From Narcine bancroftii (lineage: Eukaryota): a stretch of DNA of 64,000 nt. Positions within the stretch are counted from its first letter, which is position 1, and each line of letters begins with the position of its first letter. Made by a program: the position numbers and the translations under genes. The notes beneath the pieces are model-generated. The model had not been told where the DNA came from and ran no database searches. It saw nothing but the letters and a program-made list of their open reading frames with translations. This document shows positions 42,301 to 54,300 of this stretch, in pieces. The stretch is taken from NCBI RefSeq assembly GCF_036971445.1, contig NC_091471.1, forward strand, positions 298,902,001 through 298,966,000, given 5' to 3'.

Positions 42301-45300
42301 ACTAAGGTTTGTTTTTTTCAGGTTACCACGAGTCATCTGTTTTAACCAGTACTGGTAAGTGTAATCATTTGATCTCCCTTTAGTTAACATTAACTGAATA
42401 AAAATAAAAATAGACTTGGACAATACTTCTCCACAAAATTGAAAGTGGATAAGTCATGCAAATAATTTCACAGTAGCCTAGTCTTAGACAGGGATCATGT
42501 TCTTTGTTTGGAGGCTTAGTTAAATCTTACACATGTATCTCAATCATGGAAAATGTATCTGAATCTCAACACCATGTTATGTGGAGCAGCTTCTACAAAC
42601 TGATGCAGACAATTCCATCCCGACAAGGGGAGTTATGGTTCAAATTACATGAATAATGGACAAACTACAGGATTTTAACACAATACAATATAATTTAACA
42701 ACATATAATAGAGACCAACAACATGCTAAATTAGACTCCAACATGATAGAAATTCCCAGCTCAACTACTTTCTGGATGGGTTACAAAAATATCGGGAACA
42801 GGAATTTTTATCATAATTGTTTGAACATTTTCTCCTTAATGTTAACAGCAAAACCACAAATTCAGACTACAACTCCAGTTTTCCAAGTGAATCCTTTTGA
42901 ATTTAACGTGACCTTCATTCTAACTAACTTGGCCTCAACAGAAGACTTAAAAAATCCAAATTCTTTGGATGCTTCACATCTTATTGTTACCCAGGTCAGT
43001 TGACAATTTAATGACTGAGGGAATTTAATGATTACTTGTAGTTTATTTCATTAAAATACTAACAGTTATTTTTCCACAGCTCAGCCAAATCTACAACAAC
43101 AGTAACATCAAAGAAACGTTCTCAAGCTGCAAGGTTATCTCATTCAGGTAAGGGATCTCGCTAATAATCTTGGAGAAACACAGCAGGTCAAAGAGTGCCT
43201 TTAAATAGCAAAGGTAAAGAGAGATCATCAATGTTTCGGGCTTGAGTCCTTCATCAAGGTGAGGGGGAACATGAGAGAGGTCCGAACAAGAGGGGGTAGA
43301 GGGAAGACGGGGGTTTAATGAGGGAGGGAGATGAAATTTGGGGGTGTGGTGGGGGGGGAAGGTGGGAAAGGACCACAGGAAGACTGTGGGAGGAATATAG
43401 GCTAGGTGAAGAGAGAAAGAAAGTAGGAAATGGAAAATCTAGTTAAGATGGGGCCGGAAGAGAAAGGGAAGCTGTGTAGTGGAATTCAATGTACTCAATG
43501 TTCATAGGCCGTCGTCGGATAAGTACTCAGTTCAACGGTGCGCTTAACTTACATAAAAGGCTTGACAAAGCTAATGCTTTCCCATTTCCCCATGATAATT
43601 GCACTGTAAAAGTGCAAGGTTAATTAAGATGCAATTCAGTGAAAATTAAATCCCAAAGCAAAATTGTACATTTGCCAAGTGTTACACAAAGTCCATGCTG
43701 ATGCATGCAAATTCCTCTTACACCAATGTATAATAGTTTGCACGAGAGTGGACGTGCACTGCCACATCCCAAGGCATTAAGTTAACGTCAGCTCTGCAAT
43801 TCCATATTCCACTGAATATCTGAATGTTCCCAAGATATCATGCTCTGCTCAGGCAAGTGCTGCCCTTGAGAGCTTGTAATTCCTGCTACACCATTACTTG
43901 AGACCAACAGACTCCTGGCCATAGATAACCATGCCTGAAATTTACATCCAATTCTGTGGCATGTAATGTACATTCCCAATATCGTACCTCATTCTTGTGC
44001 AAATGTACTTTTTTTCTGAGCAAATAACTTTTCCGAACAAGTTAATTCCTCAGAAACACGACAGCACTAGAAGGCATGGACTTATTTGGCAAAAGTAATT
44101 CAAAGCAATAAATCAATATTTCAGGCAACGGCAATTGATATTATCTGCAATAAATTGCTAACGTGGTTGATATTTATGCCCTAACATTTCAAAATCTATC
44201 CAGAAATATCATAAGTCATGCATTTTGCTTCTTACTTGAATGGTCTCTCCGTCTATTCCACAGCTCAGGAAATGCACAAAGCACCAGAGTGTATGCAAAC
44301 TGCACTTTCAGCATTGACTCTGATCCTCAGCAGGTTAACAGTGTTACAGTGTACAATGCGTTTAGAGAGAACACCAACGGCATCACCACCTTTCCACCAT
44401 ATTCGCTGGACAGTAACAGCCTCTATGTGAACGGTATTTATCACCAAAAGGATTTTCTGATTTATAGCAACAAAGGCAAAAATATTAATGAAACTCACAA
44501 TTTTATTCCTTTCCTTAACGATATTCCACCTGTTACATGAAGACTATCCTTTATTGTTTCAGGTTACCACGAATCCACACTCTCAACCAGTGAGTACTGC
44601 TTTGTTTCTATATTTCACTACATCTTCCCTGTTTATCAGTAGGTGATCACTTGAAATATCCTGCATTAAATGCTCTGTAAATATGATCAAATACAGACTC
44701 TCCTTGGTCATGATGTTTGATGTCAAATGTCTAACAATAGAAAGACAATGTGATGTGACCCTACCCTTTGCCAACAATATTTGCAGCACCATTGCTGGCC
44801 ATACATTCCTTCCTGAATCATAAAACAGTGACCATTATCACCGTCCCAGAATGGTGCAATACGGCAGCCACTCCCTCCATCTGACTTTGTGCTATGCTCA
44901 ACTGCTTAAGGGCCTTCTTGCTCTGCAAAATGCAAAGGTAATGAACGATGCATAATGGCTGCATTTCCTGCCAGGACTTTGGGTGATTTGCTTGCTCTGA
45001 TTTAACAGCTGGCAATGTGTCCAAACTATTAGAATAAATGGGGAACAGTGATTTGGTTGTGGGCTCTTGAAATGCTTGCCCGAGGGCTTCTGACAGAGAT
45101 TGCCAGGTGACTGATGAATGTCCAATGTCTTGAGCAGTGTGTCAGCCCAGTGATGCTCTGAGTGGGTGACGACATTTGATGATTTACTCAAAGTTGGAAT
45201 GACATGAGAGCACAAAACTTAAGAGGTATGGCTGTGCCTTTGAAGCTTGCCTTGTGTGAAGAGGACCAGCAACTTCTCCTGTGAGGCAGAGAGAGACACA

Positions 45301-48300
45301 AATGCATGTTTGTTGCATGTAATGCATTTGAGTGAGATACTTGATTTGCTTGAATAGCTGGCTATTATGTGTGAAATCTAAGAACAGGTGCGTTGCAACA
45401 ATAATTCATTGTTTAAATGTCAGCTAATTTGTAGCTGGTGTAATCGTCATACCAAGTCACATAGCTGTAGGTGTAAAGTGAGAAGAGCAGGGGGATAACA
45501 AAGCAGCCCTGTGCTGCTCCAGTATCAGGGGAGCTGTACGTATCAGACCTCACTGATTGTAGTCTGGAGGTGAGGATCCATGATCCAGTTACACAGTGGG
45601 ATGTTGAGTCCCAGGTCTTGGAGTTTGTGATCAGTTTTCTGGGTATCATGGTGTTAAATGCCAAACTAAATTGCAAGGAGTGTCTGTAAACTGGTCATTC
45701 AAGCTTGTATTGTGCTGTGGCTGGGACTTGTGTTCTTTTCCCCAACGGGAAATAAGAGTGGGTCATTTTGTTTGAACAGTGATATTGTGAATGTTAGGAA
45801 GCAGTAGAAAATTTGTACTCTCCGTTTACTATGTTGAATTGCACAACAAGTGGCATTGCTTGTTTCCCAGTTCAATCCACTGAAAACTTAAAATGTGTGG
45901 TTTTCAATTCAAGCATGATAATTATCCTCATGTCAGGCATGCTCTAGGAATGCTGATAGACTGATGCATATCTCAATCAAAAGGGCCAAAAAAAAGAAAT
46001 AAGTGCTACAAAGCCATTTGGAGAAATGTTCAAGACTGCAACTAGTTCTCAATCGCATCCTTCTCAGAGTCCGGATACAGACAATTCCATGCTCCTCGTT
46101 AGACCAATCGCAAATCCAATAATAAATGCAGTGGTCAAAATTGTTGAATTCCAACACTATCTCTGCTCTTTGCATCAAATTTGCTTCCAATAAGGTGGAA
46201 CAAGAGCAATAAATATTCAGTTGTCATCACACTAATGGTTAACCTACCCTCTGACCACAGGATACAAATGATTCAGCAACAGGAATCTTTATCTGTCAGG
46301 TTAACACTTTTAGTAATTTTTCTCAACAGCATCTCCAATCCAGACCACATCTCCAATCTCCCCAGTGAATCCTTTTGAATTTAACGTGACCTTCGTTCTA
46401 ACTAACTTGGCCTCAACAGTGGATTTACAGAATTCAAATTCTTCGTTGTTCAAATCTGCTTCAAGTCTTATTGTTGCCCAGGTCAGTTGACAATTTAATG
46501 ATTGAGGGAATTTAATGATTACTTGTAGTTTATTTCATCCAAAACACTAACGGTTATTTTTCCACAGCTCAGCCAAATCTATAACGACAGTAACATCAAA
46601 GAAACGTTCTCAAGCTGCAAGGTTATCTCGTTCAGGTAAGGGATCTTGCTAATAATCCTGGAGAAACTCAACAGGGCAAACAGTGGTTTTAAGTAGCAAA
46701 TGTAAACATACATCATCATCGTTTCAGGTGAGGGGGAACATGAAAGATGTCCGAACAAAAGGAGGAAGAGGGAAGGGTAGTTTGGGAGTTGATATTTTGG
46801 GGTGTGGTGGGGGGGTGAGGTGAGGGGGGTGAAGGACCACAGGAAGATGGTGGGAAGAGTATAGGCTAGGTAGCGAGGGAAAGGAAGTAGGAACTGGAAA
46901 ATCTAGTTAAGGTGGGGCCGGAGGAGAAAGGGAAGCTGTGTAGTGGAATTCAATGTACTCAATGTTCATAGGCTGTCGTCGGATAAGTACTCAGTTCAAC
47001 GGTGCGCTTTACTTACATAAAAGGCTTGACAAAGCTAATGCTTTCCCATTTCCCCATGATAATTGCATTGTAAAAGTGCAAGGTTAATTAAGATGTAATT
47101 CAGTGAAAATTAAATCCCAAAGCAAAATTGTACATTTGCCAAGTGTTACACAAAGTCCATGCTGATGCATTCAAATTCCTCTTACACCAATGTATAATAG
47201 TTTGCACGAGAGTGGACGTGCACTGCCACATCCCAAGGCATTAAGTTAACGTCAGCTCTGCAATTCCATATTCCACTGAATATCTGAATGTTCCCAAGAT
47301 ATCATGCTCTGCTCAGGCAAGTGCTGCCCTTGAGAGCTTGTAATTCCTGCTACACCATTACTTGAGAGCAACAGGCTCCTGGCCATAGATAATCATGCCT
47401 GAAATTTACATCCAATTCTGTTGCATGTAATGTACATTCCCAATATCGTACCTCATTCTTGTGCAAATGTACTTTTTTTCTGAGCAAATAACTTTTCCGA
47501 ACAAGTTAATTCCTCAGAAACGCGACAGCACTAGAAGGCATGGACTTATTTGGCAAAAGTAATTCAAAGCAATAAATCAATATTTCAGGCAACGGCAATT
47601 GATATTATCTGCAATAAATTGCTAACGTGGTTGATATTTATGCCCTAACATTTCAAAATCTATCCAGAAATATCATAAGTCATGCATTTTGCTTCTTACT
47701 TGAATGGTCTCTCCGTCTATTCCACAGCTCAGGAAATGCACAAAGCACCAGAGTGTATGCAAACTGCACTTTCAGCATTGACTCTGATCCTCAGCAGGTT
47801 AACAGTGTTACAGTGTACAATGCGTTTAGAGAGAACACCAACGGCATCACCACCTTTCCACCATATTCACTGGACAGTAACAGCCTCTATGTGAACGGTA
47901 TTTATCACCAAAAGGATTTTCTGATTTATAGCAACAAAGGCAAAAAAATTAATGAAACTCACAATTTTATTCCTTTCTTTAATGATATTCCACCTGTTAC
48001 ATGAAGACTATCCTTTATTGTTTCAGGTTACCACGAATCCACACTCTCAACCAGTGAGTACTGCTTTGTTTCTATATTTCACTACATCTTCCCTGTTTAT
48101 CAGTAGGTGATCACCAGAAATATCCTGCATTAAATGCTCTGTAAATATGATCAAATACAGACTCTCCTTGGTCATGATGTTTGATGTCAAATGTCTAACA
48201 ATAGAAAGACAATGTGATGTGACCCTACCCTTTGCCAACAATATTTGCAGCACCATTGCTGGCCATACATTCCTTCCTGGATCATAAAACAGTGACCATT

Positions 48301-51300
48301 ATCACCATCACAGAATGGTGCAATACGGCAGCCACCCCTTCCATATGACTTTATGCTATGCTCCACTGCTTAAGGGCCTTCTTGCTCTGCAAAATGCAAA
48401 GGTAATGAACAATGCATAATGGCTGCATTTCCTGCCAGGACTTTGGGTGATTTGCTTGCTGTGATTTAACAGCTGGCAATGTGTCCAAACTATTAGAATA
48501 AATGGGCAACAGTGATTTGGTTGTGGGCTCTTGAAATGCTTCCCCCAGGGCTTCTGACAGAGATTGCCAGATGACTGATGAATGTCCAATGTCTTGAGAA
48601 GTGTTTCAGCCCAGTGATGCTCTGAGTGGGTGACGACATTTGATGATTTACTCAAAGTTGGAATGACATGAGAGCACAAAACTTAAGAGGTATGGATGTG
48701 CCTTTGAAGCTTGCCCTGTGTGAAGAGGACCAGCAACTTCTCCTGTGAGGCAGAGAGAGACACAAATGCATGTTTGTTGCATGTAATGCATTTGAGTGAG
48801 ATGCTTGATTTGCTTGAATAGCTGGCTATTATGTGTGAAATCTAAGAACAGGTGCATTGCAACAATAATTCATTGTTTAGATGTCAGCTAATTTGTAGCT
48901 GATGTTATCGTCATACCAAGCCACACAGCCGTAGGTGTAAAGTGAGAAGAGCAGGGGGATAACAAAGCAGCCCTGTGGTGCTCCAGTATCAGGGGAGCTG
49001 TACTTATCAGTCCTCACTGATTGCAGTCTGGAGGTGAGGATCCATGATCCAGTTACACAGAGGGATGTTGAGACCCAGGTCTTGGAGTTTGTGATCAGTT
49101 TTCTGGGTATCATGGTGTTAAATGCCAAACTAAATTGCAAGGAGTGCCTGTAAACTGGTCATTCAAGCTTGTATTGTGCTGTGGCTGGGACTTGTGTTCT
49201 TTTCCCCAACGGGAAATAAGAGTGGGTCATTTTGTTTGAACAGTGATATTGTGAATATTAGGAAGCAGTAGAAAATTTGTACTCTCCGTTTACTAGGTTG
49301 AATTGCACAACAAGTGGCATTGCTTGTTTCCCAGTTCAATCCACTGAAAACTTAAAATGTGTGGTTTTCAATTCAAGCATGATAATTATCCTCATGTCAA
49401 GCACGCTCTAGGAATGCTGATAGACTGATGCATATCTCAATCAAAAGGGCCAAAAAACAGAAATAAGTGCTACAAAGCAATTTGGAGAAATGTTCAAGAC
49501 TGCAACTAGTTCTCAGTCGCATCCTTCTCAGAGTCCGGATACAGACAATTCCATGCTCCTCGTTAGACCAATCACAAATCCAATAATAAATGCAGTGGAC
49601 AAAATTGTTGAATTCCAACACTATCTCTGCTCTTTGCATCAAATTTGCTTCCAATAAGGTGGAACAAGAGCAATAAATATTCAGTTGTCATCACACTAAT
49701 GGTTAACCTACCCTCTGACCACAGGATACAAATGATTCAGCAACAGGAATCTTTATCTGTCAGGTTAACACTTTTAGTAATTTTTCTCAACAGCATCTCC
49801 AATCCAGACCACATCTCCAATCTCCCCAGTGAATCCTTTTGAATTTAACGTGACCTTCGTTCTAACTAACTTGGCCTCAACAGCGGATTTACAGAATTCA
49901 AATTCTTCGTTGTTCAAATCTGCTTCAAGTCTTATTGTTGCCCAGGTCAGTTGACAATATAATGATCGAGGGAATTTAATGATTACTTGTAGTTTATTTC
50001 ATCCAAAACACTAACGGTTATTTTTCCACAGCTCAGTCAAATCTATAACAATGGTAACATCAAAGAAACGTTCTCAAGCTGCAAGGTTATCTCGTTCAGG
50101 TAAGGGATCTTGCTAATAATCCTGGAGAAACACAGCAGGTCAAACAGTGCCTTTAAATAGCAAAGGTAAAGATACATCATGAACGTTGCGGGCTTGAGCC
50201 CTTCATCAAGGTGAGGGGGATCATGAGAGAGGTCCGAACAAGAGTGGGTAGAGGGAAGAGGGGGGTTTAGTGTGGGTGGAAGATGATATTTGGGGGTGTG
50301 GTGGGGGGGGGGAAGGTGGGAAAGGATCACAGGAAGACTGTGGGACGAGTCTAGGCTGGGTGAAGAGTGAAAGAAAGTAGGAAATGGAAAATCTAGTTAA
50401 GGTGGGGCCGGAGGAGAAAGAGAAGCTGTGTAGTGGAATTCAATGTACTCAATGTTCATAGGCTGTCGTCAGATAAGTACTCAGTTCAACAGTGCGCTTA
50501 ACTTACATAAAAGGCTTGACAAAGCTAATGCTTTCCCATTTCCCCATGATAATTGCATTGTAAATGTTAAAGTTTATTTAGGATGTTAATTCTGAGAAAG
50601 TTGATTCCCAAAACAAAATTGTACATTTGCAGAGTGTAGCACAAAGTCCATTATGAGGCTTGCAAAATCCTTATTTGCCAAATGCTTAATTTTGTGCAGG
50701 AGAGTAGATGTGCACCTGCCACATACTGAAGATGTAAGCAGACATCAGTAGTGTTTCCGGATTTCACAGGACATCCTGTGAACAAAGATACACAAGTGCC
50801 TAACCTTTTAACTGGGATTCTGAATACCGGCAAAGTCCAAAAACTGGCTCCTTTTCAGTTGCTGACATCTGGTCATCAAAATCATGTTTGGGACCAAATA
50901 CGCCCCTCGCTTAACTCCCATGTATCCCGTCACATTCTGTACTGGTATTCGGTGGTATCGTTACTTTATAAGTACACTACCCATGGACCATGACCCTCGC
51001 TCAACTTACGATGAATATTCCGTGTCTGTCCGCTACTTTATAAGCACCTCCAAATTACCTATACTGATGCCATTCCAGCATCATGGCACTTTCACACAGC
51101 TCAGCAGTGGATCTATGCGGGATCAATGGCGGCTGTTGTCACTACCCATAATCCCGCACACAGCTAATACCACTGTATCAGTGCCAGCACAGGGAACCGA
51201 GAAGAAGGCCATTTCCATGGCGCTGATAGAATGGTGGGGCTGGGGGGGGGGATGGGAATAGGGAGCAGAGAGGGAGAGAGAAAGAGAATGAGAGAGATGG

Positions 51301-54300
51301 CAGTGCATCTCAGGCAAGCGGGCAGGTGGGGGGTGGCGAGAGATGGCAGCATGATGGGCAGGTAAGCGAGCGAGGAGGGGGGGTGTGGGAGAGACAGCAG
51401 TGCGACTCGAATGGGGAGAGAGGAAGAGACGGCAGCACAACTTGATCAGGTTCAAAGGGCCGGCCATTTTTAAATGATTCTGAAATCTGGAAAATTCTGA
51501 ACCATGGCAGGTGTCTGGTCCCAATGTTCCCAGATAAAAGGTTATGGTCCTGTAGCACTCTACTCAGGCAAATGCTGCCCTTGTGTTCTTGTAAATCTAG
51601 CCACAAGATTACTTGAGAGGAACAGGCCCCTGCTCCATCAATAACAAAGCCTGAAATTTGTATCCGATTCTCTGATCAGATTAATTTCTCAGAAACAGAA
51701 GAACATGAGAAGGCATGGTCTTATATGACAAATCTAATTCAAACTAATGCTTTGAACTATTTCAAGCAATAGAAATTGATATTACCTGTAATAAATTGAA
51801 AATATGGATGATATCTAAGTCCCAACATTTTAATTCAATGCAGAAAATTGTATTAAATCATATATGATACATTTGCATGAATTGTCTCTCCATTAATTCC
51901 ACAGCTCAGTAAATGTACAAAGTACCAGAGTGTATGCAAATTGTTCTTTCCGCAATGATTCTGATCCTCAGGAGGTTAACAGTGTTACAGTGTACAATGC
52001 GTTTAGAGAGAACACCAACGGCATCACCACCTTTCCACCATATTCGCTGCACAGTAACAGCCTCTATGTGAACGGTATTTATCACCAAAAGGATTTTCTG
52101 ATTTATAGCAACAAAGGCAAAAAAAATTAATGAAACTCACAATTTTATTCCTTTCTTTAACGATATTCCACCTGTTACATGAAGACTATCCTTTATTGTT
52201 TCAGGTTACCACGAATCCACACTCTCAACCAGTGAGTACTGCTTTGTTTCTATATTTCACTACATCTTCCCTGTTTATCAGTAGGTTATCACTAGAAATA
52301 TCCTGCATTAAATGCTCTGTAAATATGATCAAATACAGACTCTCCTTGGTCATGATGTTTGATGTCAAATGTCTAACAATAGAAAGACAATGTGATGTGA
52401 CCCTACCCTTTGCCAACAATGTTTGCAGCACCATTGCTGGCCATACATTCCTTCCTGGATCATAAAACAGTGACCATTATCACCATCCCAGAATGGTGCA
52501 ATACGGCAGCCACCCCCTCCATCTGACTTTGTGCTATGCTCCACTGCTTAAGGGCCTTCTTGCTCTGCAAAATGCAAAGGTAATGAACGATGCATAATGG
52601 CTGCATTTCCTGCCAGGACTTTGGGTGGTTTGCTTGCTGTGATTTAACAGCTGGCAATGTATCCAAACTATTAGAATAAATGGGGAACAGTGATTTGATT
52701 GTGCGCTCTTGAAATGCTTCCCCCAGGGCTTCTGACAGAGATTGTCAGGTGACTGATGAATGTCCAATGTCTTGAGCAGTGTGTCAGCCCAGTGATGCTC
52801 TGAGTGGGTGATGACATTTGATTATTTACTCAAAGTTGGAATGACATGAGAGCACAAAACTTAAGAGGTATGGCTGTGCCTTTGAAGCTTGCCTTGTGTG
52901 AAGAGGACCAGCAACTTCTCCTGTGAGACAGAGAGAGACACAAATGCGTGTTTGTTGCATGTAATGCATTTGAGTGAGATGCTTGATTTGCTTGATTAGC
53001 TGGCTATTATGTGTGAAATCTAAGAACAGGTGCGTTGCAACAATAATTCATTGTTTAAATGTCAGCTAGATTTTCTGTTATAATTCGGTTATTGTCATAC
53101 CAAGCCACATAGCCGTAGGTGTAAAGTGAGAAGAGCAGGGGGATAACAAAGCAGCCCTGTGGTGGTCCAGTATCAGGGGAGCTGTACTTATCAGTCCTCA
53201 CTGATTGTAGTCTGGAGGTGAGGATCCATGATCCAGTTACTGTTGGAATCTAGGGGTTAAAACAGTATGAAATAAATGATAAATTAATAAGTGTATATTT
53301 ACTGCATGGAATCTAGGGGTTAAAACAGTAAGAAATAAATGATTAATTAATAAGTGTATATTTACTGCATGGTTCAGGGAAAGAGGAATGTGGCTAAGTG
53401 GCTGTCACAGCATGGAGCAAAGTTGGCTGAACAAAATTGGCTGCTCCCAAGATACAGGGAGAGGATATGCATAAAACGATTTAGGAGGAATGCTCAACTG
53501 AAGGAGGTGGGAAGTAGCACAGGAGACACAGGCCAGATCAGAACAAAGAATGGCCCACAAGAATCAAAGGGAATGGAAAACCAGTCTAGGAGGAAGATTA
53601 AGGCAGGAGGAGGTGTTAAAGAGAACAGCAGAAATTGGCAGGACAAGAACAGAATGGTGATTAGAGATATCTGGGGATGAAGTAATTTCTGATCAACACA
53701 ACGGGATAGTCTGGCCAGGAGGATTAACATGGGAGTGCTACACCCCAGATATCTGCAAAACAGGAGATGACTTGTGATAACCCTTATGCAAAAAGATCTA
53801 GCAAAGGAAGACAACTTTTGTTCTGTATGATAAGGTTGACCTATATAAACTGAACCAACTGGACAATAGGGGTCAGTCTCGGGGAGTAGCTCACTGGCAG
53901 GTGACCTATGAACTAACAGACTGACCCAGAGCTCTGTTAAGTTTTATTCTTGTGCTGTGTAATAAATTGACTGGAAGATGTGTGCTGATGTATGTGAGTA
54001 TCACACTAGACCCAACGGAAGACAGACACCCACCATGTACGAGACATGCAGCGGGAGTAGCAAAGATTTTACAAAAGGTGGCACACATAGTAATGGGACA
54101 TGGCCTGACAGTATTAACAACTCCCATGAAGTAAGTACGAGTAAGTGTCGTTAGTTGTGCGATAAATGTTAGGCAGTACATTAATTGTATGTATTCCTCA
54201 ACTAAAAAGTGTCATGGGGCTCCTGACGTCCAACAGACAGACCCTGGTTTAACATCTCATCCAAAATCCAATATCACAAGTCATCTCCTGTTTTGCAGAT

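Noticed and set aside
53354-53814. 108 aa and 106 aa ORFs present three times
   Set aside because: They lie inside LTR U3, have non-ATG starts and no recognisable motif; the repetition reflects LTR copies.
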